A stretch of DNA of 64,000 bases, from positions 2,795,124-2,859,123 of the forward strand of contig CM082586.2 in NCBI GenBank assembly GCA_040954595.2. Reading direction: 5' to 3'. Under the pieces are notes generated by a model, which saw only the letters and a program-made list of their open reading frames with translations, was not told the origin of the DNA and ran no database searches. The position numbers and the translations under genes were made by a program. Origin of the DNA: Balanoglossus misakiensis. Its lineage: Eukaryota > Animalia > Hemichordata. Below are positions 23,631 through 60,940 of this stretch, piece after piece (positions within the stretch are counted from its first letter, which is position 1; each line of letters opens with the position of its first letter).

Positions 23631-25027
23631 GGCGACGTTCCAGAATGTCGCCAGGTGTATGTGGGCTCTCAGCTGTGCAACACACGGACGTACTTATTTG
23701 GTTTTAAGTCTGCAATGTCAAACAGACGTACAAGTTACAAAACAATACTGTTAAACACTTATTTATTATTGGTGATGACTTCATGTATGTACAGCAACAA
23801 GCACACGTTAGTATAAATAAAGGTATGTTGGTTCCGACGGTATCGTAATACCAGAAAATGTCCATTTCACCCCCATTGCAATTGAGTCAAAGACCAACGC
23901 ATGATGTCAGTTTCTTGTTGGTAAATTTCCCTTTTTCTAGTAATCAACAACCCCTCTACCAAGAAATTACACCCCACAGCAAGACGTTCTATGGCCGCAA
24001 GAATTAGCGCTTTGTGTGGTATGACACACATAGCGGTCACCGGCCGCCGCACACACAGACTCGTTTTCGCTGCGGTGATCTCAAGCAGAAGTGTTTACCA
24101 GCAAAAAGATCATTAGCATACAATGCAGTGAGTGTACACGACAGTATATTCTTTCATCTTGCACAGTATTTCACAGACATGTTCTAAAACTACACTAACG
24201 TGGATCTTTCGTGGCTGGTTTAATACGCGGCACCACGCGTTACGAGGAAAACGTGGGCCTTTCGCGTTTAGTTCGATACTTACGCACAAGTCGGTAAGTA
24301 TATTTCCGTACCATTGTAGGCCTAATAGGGTAATAACAGCAGACGACACCAGTATTTAAAAGTCAGAAAAACAAACCTGCGGCTTCTGGCGTTGGTCTGT
24401 TTACAACATCCTAGACATTTTGTCCGGCGTTTTCTGTCACACGCTATAGTCAGAATAACTGTCCAACGAACCCGAAGGTGATAAACTGATTATGATCACC
24501 ACGGACTTGACAATTTTGTACGACGGTGTGCCCCCGTGAAGGTCAGGCCACTGATAAACATGTCCCTGGTAAGGGCGTCGAACATTAACAAGACGTTGGA
24601 CAAAACCATTATGTAGTGGGGCGGACTTTAGCTGGCACGCAAATGACACTTGTGAACAATCGTTCAGCAAAATTAATTTTGCAATAGGGGGCGTAATTAG
24701 TGCTGCATTGTATCAGAGCCTTCATTTTGTATGATTTTACGGCATGCATGTAAGGAAACGGAGAGAAAAGAGTTTTGGCATAGGTTCGCCCCTGTCGTAA
24801 GCATCGTGACCCCACTCTATCGTAGTAGAATAGTTGATTTAGTATTGTATGTTAATGATTTTTCTGTTCGCACTTGAGATTTACACATGAGCCGGTAACT
24901 GGCATAATATTAGCTGCTCGAAAGAGTGACCCCGAATCATTTCATAAACATGAGTTTGTCGTTCATATTGACAAGTTGTTTAGTAAGTACCAAGGAAGTT
25001 TTATGTCCACAGGAAACGTTAACAGTG

Positions 25028-25031
<4 letters not shown>

Positions 25032-25069
<38 letters not shown>

Positions 25070-25113
25070 CCTTCGCTCTCTCTCTCTCTCTCACCCCCCC
25101 CTCTCTCTCTCTC
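25032..25113. repeat. (CT)n microsatellite, interrupted
   Basis: Read directly from the sequence. Confidence 0.95.
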
Positions 25114-25737
25114 TAACATGACATATATTTACCCCCACAGTATATACAGATACCAGGCCTAACAATTATTCCACCATGATTAATATAAGTACCAGCCTGC
25201 CAGCAATATTTTTAATACAACACAACATGACAGGTGACCTATGCGGGCATTTGATGTAGACATTGCGTGAGTAAATATGTCACTATACCATACGACCACC
25301 ACTCACTCAATTTCGACGTTGCCTTTGTAAAAGTATCCACCATACATATCACAAACAGGCCTTAATTGCATTTTTGTTATTCCTGAGCTTGTTTTGGGCC
25401 ATTGCTATTCGTTTTAGGTAAGTATGGTTTTTGGGGCATTACCTCCTGTATAGATCATTGGTCAGGTAGCGCCGCCAACGACTGATTTGAACGCTGCTAG
25501 GGTCTAGATTTCGGAAGAGGTTGATGATTCTTGACCACCGGGGCTATTTTGGTCGGCTGGACTCGTCCACAATAGCGCACCGTGCAGTTGAACAAACGAC
25601 CTTTGCACAGTTGTAGGCTGCTAATTCTTTGATTGACCGTTGCATTGTACAATGACTCTGCTTACCACGCAGCAATACTGGCATACATCCAGTAGTACAG
25701 AGGTAGACTACATATCTTTGACGGAACGCACACTCAC

Positions 25738-26340
25738 CTTATTGGCTGACTGTTCAGAACGATGACCCGACACCTTTGTTCTTCGACCACAGTCTTTCAC
25801 GGAAGTCGTCTGACCACAGTGTCGTAAAATATCTTCTACCAAATTTTCGGCTGTCGTGGTGGTATTTGGCCAATAATATATCGCCACGACCTTCGCCTGG
25901 CTTCGGTGTCCGTCAAGGCTCTGGCTGTTGTTCGCAAAACTTCTGTGCTTAGAATTTAGCTTGAAACAATATGCGTAGTCGTGAGGACGTGTGCGATTTT
26001 AGTTCCTCGTCTATCAAAGTTGTCTCCCGTCATTAGTGTATTGCAGGTATATCGAATCCAATTACAACACAGGAACTGTATGTGGCGACTTTCTGATCAC
26101 CGACAATGACTGACACCACGTCAAATGTTGCGGACAAGGTGAAAATCTAATGCTCCGACGTGTGGGGACATTACGACGTGCTGTAGTTGCCACGAGCAGG
26201 TTGAGTTTTAGCTGCAGATATTTTACCTGGGACCTACCAGTCCGCCGGGACGTGCCAACGCCATCATTAGTCCACCTTACGAAATCTAGCTGTAAGCGGA
26301 ACTTCAAGGCCGACGGCTATATCTACACTTCAGTTCAAAG
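25738..26340. promoter_or_regulatory. Candidate bidirectional promoter with non-coding first exons for the two GASK1 paralogs
   Basis: Outward-facing strong donors: minus strand AAG|gtgagt at 25738 and plus strand AAG|gtaagt at 26340. Both coding exons have an acceptor just upstream of the ATG (23672 minus; 27469 plus). The interval is CpG-rich. Confidence 0.45.
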
Positions 26341-27489
26341 GTAAGTTTGTTTTAATCGTCATACGTGACGTCACGAGCACCCTACTCATCCGAGTGGTAT
26401 ACATATGACCTTTGTCCTCGCAATCAGAACCTGGTTTCTGACGTTGCGACGACTGAGAGATCGACTGTCATCGACCCGGTAGACCTCGGCTGTCCCCCGC
26501 TCCACTTCTGGCTCAAGTCGAGCGCGCTGCATGATGGGTTCCAAAAGAAAGGCAAGTTGTGTCTCTTTAATACAATCTCTCACCGTGACAAACGGATGAC
26601 ACTTCTAGTACAGCGGAGGTCCAATGGCAAGACGAGTCGACTTTGAGCGCTCTGTCTTAATCTTCCACTTGTACAATATCTGAGACATGTGGCAAGATGC
26701 ACGATTAGATCTCAAATTATTTGAATACACTAATTGATGAAGCAACAACTCAAATTGTGCGTGTATAGTCACACGTGTTCGCAGTACAGGCCTTCTGCTG
26801 TGCAGTTTGCAGACTTTCTGGTAGAACACTGGGCGTCTTGAGGATTGAAGAGTTTCTCCTAGTCAAACACCTTGTTTGGTGAATATACATTACGATCACC
26901 TTGATTTGAAAAAGGGGATGTTTGTCCCGATACCGGGATGTCGCCTTCTGCTTCAGTAAAGCGCCTCAACTGGCATCTGTTGCTGAGATATTTATTTGGG
27001 ACCACCTGTTGATTATGGGAAAAAAAAGCTCGCAGTAATTTCTGAAAAAAACTGGTTGCAATCTTGTCACACACCGGGAAGCATTGATAACGATCTGTTC
27101 TGTTCAAGGTAGTCTGTGGGGCTACCACAACCAAACTGAGATGATCAAACAGTGCATGGACGGTTAAAATTAATGTCGGCCGTCCACTTCAAACAGCGGT
27201 TGCGATTGTCAGGTGTAACGACCTTGTGTTGGACAGTGATCGTAAATCATTTAAGAAGTACTCGGAATATTCCCAAATGCTGAGATCGGACTTCAAAAAC
27301 ATCACGCCAAAACAGTGAGACAAGTCCTCTACTAAGTTTTAAGCTTCGGTGAATCCATCGTGGTATATGCCATTTTTATGCAGGGGGTAGTTTCCTTGAA
27401 CATGTGTCCTTCTTCTTCATATATTTCAATCATTCAAAGCTTTGAACGAAAATTTTATCATTATCCAGGATCCGGCGTTTGAGGACGAG

Positions 27490-30163
27490 ATGAAGAAGAG
27501 ACGCTTCCTTGTCTTGTTCCTGCTATGTGGCGCGTTCATAGCCACTATATTCCTGTACAGTAACATCTACTCTAATCGGAGGAATGAAAACGGGGTTATC
27601 ATCGTCAACATCGGCGACGGGGCGAATTTCCAAAAGAAGGTCTCCGTGTCATCTGGTCACACATCTGGTAACAGTGTGGACAATTTGACGCGCGTCAAGC
27701 ATCCTGCTGTTTTGCGTGGCGCTGCAGGGGACGGGGAAGATGCAGCTGGAGTTGAAAACACCGTCACGGAAAAAGTTGACGACAGCCCTGCCAGTGACGA
27801 AGAGTTTCGTCATCCCCGTGCCGGTGTGAAGATAGCTGTGAGTGGCGCCGCATCCAGAGACGAGACGAGAAGAGAGCGCGACAACGTAGTGGGCGACGAT
27901 ATGAACGAGAGCGTAACACTTGCAAATAAGGCGACAGTTGCCAGTGATGTCGCAAACAGCGAAAATCGTGGTATTCAAATCGCGCACAAACTTAATTCGG
28001 GTGAGCAATATCCAGAAAAGGGAGACATTTCAGGAAAAACAACAGACACCGAGAATAATTTTTCACAGGTGAATGGGGTAGAAGAACGGGAGAATGCCAC
28101 TGAGACATTTTCTAAGGACTCGGACGGAAGACAAGGATTGGAAGGGAAGCTTGAAATTCGTGAGCACACACTCATGCCGAAAGTCAGGTCACATTTGGAC
28201 CGAGATAAATCTAACATTTTGAACATGTTGACTGAGAAAAGGAGAATGCCAACAGGGCAAGTAGATTTAGCTTCGGATGAGGATAAGTCAACTCGTCAAA
28301 AAGATGAAAACCATGTTGGTCGGGAAAGGATTGAAGACAGCAGTGAGAGAGCAGGGGAAATCGAATCTGACAGAAGGATGAAGAGTACCCAAGGCAGTGT
28401 GGTTGTTACTGATGATGACGGAAAGAACCTTAGACACGACAGCAGAAGCCAGAGCTTTGACACACCACGTGGTGATGGGGCAGATGGGTCTGAAATTAAG
28501 GCCGGCCATCACGAGGCTGCTAGGGAGTTCTTCGATCCGTCCAAATATAAAGACGAAATTCCCGAGAGGCCGACAGTTGCCTCGGATGAGTACGAAGAAC
28601 GGCGGAGAATGAAAGAAGAAATGGATAAGATGAACACAAAGGACGAGGACACGCCGAAGGGTTTATCAGCTGTTTCCAGGGAATTCTCAGAAACGACCAA
28701 GGAAGATGAAGTTGATAAAGAAACTCCCGATGAGGACCAACAGCCGGCACCAAAATGGTGGGATTTGCTTTCAGAGAAAGAGTTTATGAAATTCATCGAC
28801 GGTCTGAAGAACGAGAAGCTGAGATTCGGCGAACGAATCCCGAAGTGGTTGAGCCGCGCCGACGTCGTGCGAATGGAGATGCTGTCTGTGTCGACCGTTA
28901 CCGAAGTCTACCACATGGACGATCACGAGAGGTTAAGACTTATGATATTCAACGACGGTCGGAGCGAGCAGATTCTCGACTTTGATGACTGCACTGAGCA
29001 GTGCGGCGCCCAAAAGAGCGTCGTTGATTGGTATGAAATCTTCGCTTTTCATTTGGACCGGGTGCTGGGGCTCAATCGGGCACTGCCTTCCATCGCCCGG
29101 GTGATCAAGGCCAGATCGGACGAGAGGATTTTCCGACACGATGACCGATTCACCGATGGAATACCGCGGCCGCTCATCTGGTGGGACCCGAACATCAAAC
29201 ACGGTGGCTATCTCATGAACAACCAGAATTCATTGGATCTTAGTTTCACCGAATACCAGGAGCAATTAAAGTACAGGTGCAATTCACCTTACGAAAAGGA
29301 GCACGCGAAAAACCACTGCATATCTAGAATTAAACTGATTGAGTGGAGCAAACTCGCGATATTTGATTTTCTTTTGCAGGTAAGTGCGCCCCCTGTGTCC
29401 AGTTGTCTGTGCCACAAGACGCGATATCGATTTTGATTGACATCATCATAAAAAGCGACGCCGCTCGTCACCTTGCTAAAAATCTCCATCCCAACTATAT
29501 TGTTAGCATGTTCAGCTGAGGCCGTTCGAAATCTTCAGACACCTGTTGATAAACTCACCTCTTGATAATGCATATACATGTACTTCTGTTTCTAGATTCA
29601 CGATCGCTTGGACCGCAACTGTTGCGGATATGACGTCGACGAGGGAGAGCTGTGCATGGCCAATGGGATGCACGACGACTGCGATGACGTCGACAAACAG
29701 TTCTTGGTGCACATCATGACCCGCAAAGACGACAGCTCGCGACTTGTGTTCATCGACAATGCTGGACATCGCAAGAGGAGTGCAGAACATTTAAATTTCC
29801 GACTGCTGCAAGGAATGCAAAAGTGAGTCGTTCAAGTTCAGGTAGAAAGGCATTTTCTTTCAGTATGTTGTTCTCTTCGATTCCATTCCATCTCTTTGAT
29901 TCTTTGAAGTTACTTCGACTAATACTTTGATTATTTACACTATATATTAATTTCTTAGAGTACCACAAGAACCCATCGAAGTCTTGAAATCTGGTGAGCT
30001 GAGAGATATGCTTCGACAGTCACTGCAAATCGACAAATTGTTTATGGAAGCAGTTGGAGAAGACCAAGGGGTCAACATACTCATCGATATCATCGAAACC
30101 AGGGGAGAAATACTGCTGGACTATATTGAGGAACACAATATCGAGATAGTGCCAGATTACTGA
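27490..30163 (+). CDS. GASK1: FAM198/GASK1-family Golgi-associated kinase paralog (long acidic stem), ~773 aa
   Basis: Exons 27490-29379, 29596-29822 and 29959-30163. Anchor MKKRRFLVLFLLCGAFIATIFLY. Motifs CGAQK, EIFAFHLDRVLGLNRALP, EWSKLAIFDFLLQ, HDRLDRNCCG, LVFIDNAG, LNFRLLQG. Intron positions are the same as in the minus-strand paralog. Confidence 0.9.
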
Positions 30164-32447
30164 AGAAGTTCTCACCGTTTTGGGTTTCCAACGAGGAGCC
30201 ATGACACATGGGACGGGATTATAGGCCCTGATAAGTCAGATACACCAAAGATGTCAGCCATTGGCAGAGGGCCATGCGTACTGATGCGTACTGGGCATGC
30301 GTATCACAAGTCCCCTGCCCAGTTTCTGCCGCTGGCTGCGCTGCTCTAGAGAGCAGCGCCAGCAGTGTTAGAAAGGGGGGCAGGGAACGAGACCAGCCCC
30401 AAACGGAACCACATGTACATTGTACTCGCATCTGACATTCACCACACTACCCCTGAACAACGGGATGGAGATCACAGGCACAAGAATATCTGAGAAAATG
30501 TTTCCTGTTTTATTGTTTGGCTTGGATTACAACTCTGGAAATAAACTGGTGTACAGTCAGTCCTTTGGCAAAAATAGAAAGATTGAGGGAGAAAAGAAAA
30601 CAGACATTACTGTTGTAAATTCTGTTTGAAATAAATCTTGCTACAGGAGTTATAAAATACAATGAATATCCACATATGAATTCCTATTGTGACAGAAAAA
30701 AACATGGATAAATATCATTTTTTACAGTTGTGAAATAACTACAGAATGTAAATAAAGAAGTCATAACCAGGTGGCAATATTTCCATGTCCAACAAGGCCG
30801 TGATGTGCACATCAAATTTGCATGTCACCTAGTGAGTGCATGTCTGCGCCAACAAGGCTCTGTGTTACAGGAAAGTTAACACAGAAAGCACTATGATATA
30901 AACTCGTCAAATTATCTTTCATGTTATGGGTATTAGCTAAAAGTTTCAAGTAGTCATTTTTGGCAAATTTTAAAAATTTATTTTGGCATTTTATTGTATA
31001 TTGCAATCTTGTTTAGACACCTTATATGACAGAATACGGCACAATGCAACAGCATACTATAATCTGAATTAAAAATTAATAAAACAGGTCTCCAATATAA
31101 TACAGAAAGAAATTAAACCAGAACTGTATATTTTATACCTACAAAGCATAAATAATTTCTGCATATTTTGAAATATAAAATGGCAATGTTTTATTGGCTG
31201 ATGCTGAGAAGGCACTGACCAATCACTGCTTGAGTTACGACACATGGAAATGATGCCAACTATTTGAACCAAACTTCTGCTGTACACACTGGGTCTCCAT
31301 ACTTAGAGAAAAAAATGCTGACTGAAAAAAATAGGGCCATATATCAATAAAATGTTACAAACATGATTAATGCGCCTCACGTTTTTCAGGGGAAAAAATC
31401 ACCAAGCATGTCAAATTCAACGATCCTAAAAACTACATCATTTAAAAACATCCGAGGAACTCTGACTGAATGATTGTGAACGAGAAACACTGACAGCAGT
31501 AAAAAACTTACAGTTGCAATATTCATTTAATAATTTTTTTGACACTGAAAGCGGTAAAAATTCACAGACAATGAATTCCCTGTAAAGAGCATGACATTTT
31601 TAAATCATCAAACCCCTTTTATCACTTCATAAAATTTATTAGAAAACTATGCAGTGTCCCACTGAAGAAATTTGAAAATTATAATACTGTAAAAATTAGT
31701 CTCAATTCATCTAATCTTACAATTGCTTTACACCACCTATGACCTTTCACCCCTCAACCTTAAATTACAATATTCTACGGGAATGGTTCGAATTAAAATT
31801 GAAATACATGATAGCTATATATTTACTACACACAGTCGGAAAAAATCCATGTAAACTTCAAGTAGCCCGTCTGTACAAATTACTTTTCAAACTACAGTGG
31901 GAAAAAACGCACAATCAGAATGTCAAACATCATTGTACATAATTTACATAAACATGAATTTTTCAGAAAACCATGGATCCAGTCACTTTTATCCCTAACA
32001 GGACCACTTATGAGTGTGATATAAAAATATCCGTTTCAAAACCTAATTAATCAAGAAACGCTAACTGTAAAATGACTAATTATATCTACAGGCGAATCGA
32101 GGATTTGTGATTGGTCCTCCGAGCTGCCAATCATCTTTACTGTAGGAATGCCATTGGTCGAGACAGCAGGACGTAACCATGGTTCCCGCCCCCTTTTTTT
32201 GCATTTGCACAAGAAAGTGGCGATATTGGAGCCATTCAAAAATGAATGATAATACAAGCCACTGAACAGCCAAGGCAAATATTTTTTCGTAGCTCAGTGA
32301 AGATCCACCTATTCTAATTAAGGCCCAGGAATCTGAATATGTTTTTTTGAAGAGTACAAATAAGTCCGAGATTCAGTTGGAGATTTAAATTCTCGTTTTT
32401 TTATGAAAAGAATTACGGGTACTTGTTGAAAATACAAACTGACATAT

Positions 32448-55773
<23,326 letters not shown>

Positions 55774-58700
55774 TCATAGAAACATAAAAAGAACGTTATT
55801 TACAAGCAACATAAAAGACTGCATAATTTGTATCATCAAGGTCACTCACAAACCCAAATATTTTAATACCGTTACATTCACTGTACTGTGTTTGACCAAA
55901 AGTGCTATTACTTTGTACAAAGCCAAAACACACCATATGTAGGATACTGACACGACCTCAGTAGAAATGTCACACAGAACCATTCGCGGGTAATATTTGC
56001 ATTTGTAGGTCGCGACCTAACAAAAGGTCAGGTGACTAAACAAGCTGTTGCAGCGACCTATCCCTGAAGGTCATTCTGTAATAAAGCCCCCAAAAGATGC
56101 CATATGGTTATGATGTGTACAGTACACAAAGAATGAAAATGAAATGAAACGGGTGACAGTACGCACAGACAGACAAAATTCTCTGTGCAGAATTTAAATA
56201 CGCTTATACATGCACTGCCATGAGCAGACTTTCCAGTTTTACAGACTAAAAGGGCTTCCGTGACCCGTGTTTACGAGACAGCAGCAATAATTACTCGCAT
56301 GTTGTCAAAAACGAGAAACATGAAAAATCTTTTAAGCGAGCACGGTATTAAAAGATTTAATGGTGCGTGTCTGTTCAGCTATAAAGTGAAGACAGATTCT
56401 CTACTCGTTCTCGAGCGAGAATTGTTCGTGTAAATTATCTTCCCTGTATTATAATTTCGGTAGGTCTGTTTCACGATCAAGTCACACTCATTCACAACAA
56501 GGCCACCATGACACTGTGATAACCAGCAACTGACGTTACCATATGTCTTACCAGAAAGCGAATTGAATTTCTCGAAACATGCACTGATAGATGTACGGGG
56601 ATGGCCTCTCAATGGGCACCTGACCGCAAACACAAATCACTCATTTCTGGCAATGTTTCTCTTTTTTCCTTGGTTTACTTCAAGCTGTGAACCGTCCCAC
56701 AATTGGTTTAATTAGTGTGAACCACTTTGCGAGGACGGAGTTTTGCTTTTTAGTTCTGCCGCATATCCGAGAATTTATGACCTTGGTATTACTTCATGCT
56801 GCGATGGTCGTTATTAGCATTCACCGCTGTTTCTCTGCCACATTACTGCATTTTACCGCTTCCATCAACTTTGTGATGAAACGGGGGTGTCAGTTCCGAT
56901 GATGACATTTTGACTGAACTCAAAGGTAAAATGAAAGAACAGGTCTCCAATGCATACAGATGTGCTCTTAAATGAAGTTGTCATCTTCGCAACCTTGACC
57001 TATGATGGACTGCCACTGAAGGAAATGGGGAGAAGTCAGGCGGAAAGGTCACATGGTTTCAGGGAAACAGTTCTCATCTCATGGGCTAGGATGAGAAGTG
57101 TCTATCTGAAAGCAAAACTTAAAACGTGCTCGCTGCGATCTAACTTTCTTAATTTGTCAGTTTTCAGACATTTAGTCTTTTTGCTAAATTGTTTTTATCG
57201 AGATTTACACAATGCTTAAGCTTCTTCGCAAAAAGCCAATCAATTTCTACACTTGCTTGTCAATTTTCCATCATTTTTGAACTTGTAATTCCGGGCTTCT
57301 TACGGAATGACGAGTCTTGGGGATTTGGGAAAAGCTGGCAACCATGTAATCGGCTTGTTTCTTCTCTCCCGGTGCGTCTCTCTTAAGATGATGAGGATGA
57401 TGAAGATGGGATGGTTTTTTCTCCTCAATTTCAAGAAATTAAAGACTATCGACTTCTCCTGTCTCTGTTCAAAACACCGCCTCATCTCGGCCAATCACGT
57501 CTTAATAGTCATCTGTCTCTGAGTCGGCTGCATTTTGCGCGATCGAAATACACCCAGGGATTTGAAACTACTCTCCCCCGCTTAAAATGCTCTTAGAATT
57601 GATCACAGCTAAGTATTCTTACTTGTTTTCTGCTGAAAGTTTCTAAAAACCCCTTTCAGGTCAGCATACAAATGGCAAGACCCTCTTATACATGATACTG
57701 ATAAGACCACGGTATTCCAATTCATTATCTGAAATGTACAGTTCTCTTCTGATATCGACTGCCAACAAGCGTGGTCTGAGAAAAAAAATGTCAAATTTAC
57801 AAAAATTTGCACACTGGGTATTTCTTCCCTTGTTTTTCACTCACTTGCACATAAACCTTCTCCTTGCAATGTCACATAATCTACAAAACCTATTAATCAC
57901 AGCGACAGACTCCATGCTCCTCAAGACATTTATTCCCCATTCATGAATATCGTGGGACGGCAAGGAGCCCGTAGAGCTTCTCCATCTTGCCCGGAAATCA
58001 CCAGGAGTAATCACGGATCTATCGGTCGGCGAGACCCAAATTACGGCGATGAAATATACTTTGAAAGTCCTCATCGGAGCAGGTGTAACCCCCAAGACAG
58101 CATCTTTGGCTGTATCAGCATTTTCTGCGGTTCTTCATTCTTATCTCGTTTCCCCCGGTGACCTCAATAAAGCACAGATGCCAGAAAACCATGGCAGCAA
58201 ATCATATTGATAATTTTTCCCCAAAAAAGGCCGCTGGGAGAGTCTTCATATACCTATATTGTAATTCACCGAGCAACAGATCAGATTTGACGCTGCTGAT
58301 GTGTGCAGTTGTCAGATGATTTGGAGTATCCCTTGGCATGAAATGATGAAAAAGTATGATAAACCTTGATGAAATGGTTCGATAACGTCTTCATGTGGTG
58401 CCAGTAAGACACATATTTATCTCGTCTGGTACATTGTAAGTTCTGCATTACACATTACACCATTGGATAACATTTTGCACGCATTCATTTAAGAGTGTTT
58501 ATCATCCAATCAGTGCCCGCGTCACACAATGCTTTCGAGTTTGTGTAAGTGCGGGATGGATTTACTCCCAGCGGCCAGGAGTGACGTGACGGATTTAGTA
58601 TTATTTTTAACAAAATGTACATTTTTATGTCTAGACATCAATTTCCAAGTTACTATCTGTGCAGGATGACGGTTATGACAAATATAAGCTGTAACATATG

Positions 58701-59447
58701 CCACCAGGTTTGGTTTGATGAGCTACACTCAGTCATAATGCAGTTGCATAACTTTTTTTTAACGAGAAGCCAGATTAGTTTGGTAAATATGAAAAAAAAC
58801 AACCCTGGATTCTGACAATTTCCTGTCAAGCTTCGTACGAATCTATTTCAGGATACCCATTTCTTCATATCAGCAACACTTAAGATGGCCGACACAATTT
58901 CAAGATGGCCGATTTTTACACTGTCAAGTTCAGCTGACTAAGAGCTAAACCCCAAATCGTGACATCTCAGTGAACACTGACAGAAAATATAGGTTCGTAA
59001 TCTCCAGTAAGCTGCACGGTTTATGAATATTACATCTGTAATCCGACATAAACTTGGTACATCATATATCAAGTGACAGCAGCCCATCATTTATCCAATG
59101 TGAAATAAATTATCAAAATGTGATTTTTCTTGATCAATTGATTTATCTATTCACATTCTTATTCACCTCATTACACTCAAAAACTGGGACACTAAAACCA
59201 ATTAATACCTAAATTCCTATGATGACACAGGTGTCAACATTTTAATCATTCCACAAACAATATTCAAATTTCACATTCTTAACAGAATGGAATCTGCAAT
59301 CTACGTTTCATATCTCTGTAAAATTATATGCAACATCACAAGTAAGATTATTTTTAGAAAAATATGACCATATGCTGCATGATAAATATGAGACATATTT
59401 CATGATACTTTATAAAACCCTTAATGCAGACAAATGTGTGTTGGTTT

Positions 59448-60940
59448 TATTAGGGCCCAAGCGCACGCAAGCGCTTGGGCCCTATTGGTTTCGTTGGAAT
59501 TTTTCTTTCTTTCCGGCTTTCTTTCTTTCTTTATTCTTGTGTCAATTCTTTGGGCAACGAGATCTCAGACACCGCTGCAGGTACACTTCTCAAACTTGCT
59601 ACAGTGGTCAAGGTCAATGAGTAGATGTGCAGTGACTTGTGAATACTTAATTAGTCACGTGACCTGGCGGCCATATTGGATTTTCTGAAAAAAATCAAAT
59701 CTCAGATCTCAGAAACTACAAGTCAGATCGACTTCAAATTTGGCATGCAGGTAGACTACCTTCTACCCATCATTTTTGTAATTGGAAATTTTGCTGTCAA
59801 TGTTGCAGTTTTTTTGCTACAATTTTTTTTCTGAAATCTGGCTTAAATTTCAAAAATCTTCTTCTCCAGAACCGGTGATAAGCGAGACACAAGGTTTGGG
59901 GTATGTGGTCACCTAACTGATGTCTATCAAGTTTGCGAAGATCATTGTGATTGGTCGGAGATTATGGCGGCCATATTGGATTTTCGAAAAACCATAGTTA
60001 AACTCCAAAAATATTCTTCTCCAGAACGGGCAATGACTGAGTCGCAAGATTTGGGGAGTATGGTCACTACACTGATGTCTATCAAGTTTGCAAAGAGCAT
60101 TGTGATTGGTCGAAGATTATGGCGGCCATATTGGATTTTGTAAAAAGCAGTGAAAAATTAAAATTCCTTTTTCTAGTATAAAAATTGATAGCATACAAAT
60201 TCTTTTAATGGATATCATTCGTCATATGACTACAATATGTTACAAATTTTTGGCGATTTTTCACATGACCTTTGACCTACTTTTCACACATTATTATTTC
60301 TGCATATCTAATTCCAGGCTAACCTATAGGGCTAGACGTTTGGTTTTTGATGCATGTGGATTAGTGTGTGATCAAAATATTTTGCTACTTTTCATGACCC
60401 CTTTGACCTCTGCCGACCTCATTAATTATGTACATAGCTAATTACAGGCAAACCAATACAGCTAGAGGTTTGGTTTTTGTTGAACATGGACCAGTATGGG
60501 GTCAAAATTTTTTGCCCAAATGTTGGGTGACCTCTGGTGACCTTTGACCTACTTTCGCATATCTCAACGTCCAGAGCAGATACAGCCTTGGCATTTGGCA
60601 GGATGGGACCTAAATGTAAAGCCAAATTTTTGGGTCACCTGTGACACCTGCTGACCTCATTAAATATGTACATACCTAATTACACGCGAACCAATAGAGC
60701 TAGAGTTTTGGCTTTTGTTGGACATGGCCCAGCATGGGTCAAAAATTTTTGCCCAAATGTTGGGTGATCTCAGGTGACCTTTGACCTACTTTACCCTATT
60801 TCAGCCGCAAAAATACACACGTCCTTGTTATGTCATGAGATAATACACCCGATAGAAAATTATGTTTCTTCTCATTCATACTGCGCATATATAATTCAAG
60901 ATCAGCGCTTGGGCCCGACAATGCTGCTCGCAGCTTTAAT
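59448..60940 (+). mobile_element. Non-autonomous Helentron-associated element (HINE/DINE-1-like)
   Basis: 5' hairpin TAGGGCCCAAGCGC-acgcaa-GCGCTTGGGCCCTA (59451-59484), then a (CTTT)n tract. Internal repeats of ~155 bp and ~238 bp. 3' subterminal IR GCGCTTGGGCCC (60905-60916), short stem-loop GCTGC-tc-GCAGC (60923-60934), T-rich flanks. No transposase or Rep-helicase ORF. Confidence 0.75.

Noticed and set aside
24874-25162. ORFs with SLSLSL or ERERER runs
   Set aside because: These are translations of the (CT)n microsatellite.
56379-56633. Possible alternative first coding exon of Scribble (phase-1 donor near 56550)
   Set aside because: There is no in-frame ATG before an upstream stop and no LRR similarity. 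It could be non-coding but is unsupported.
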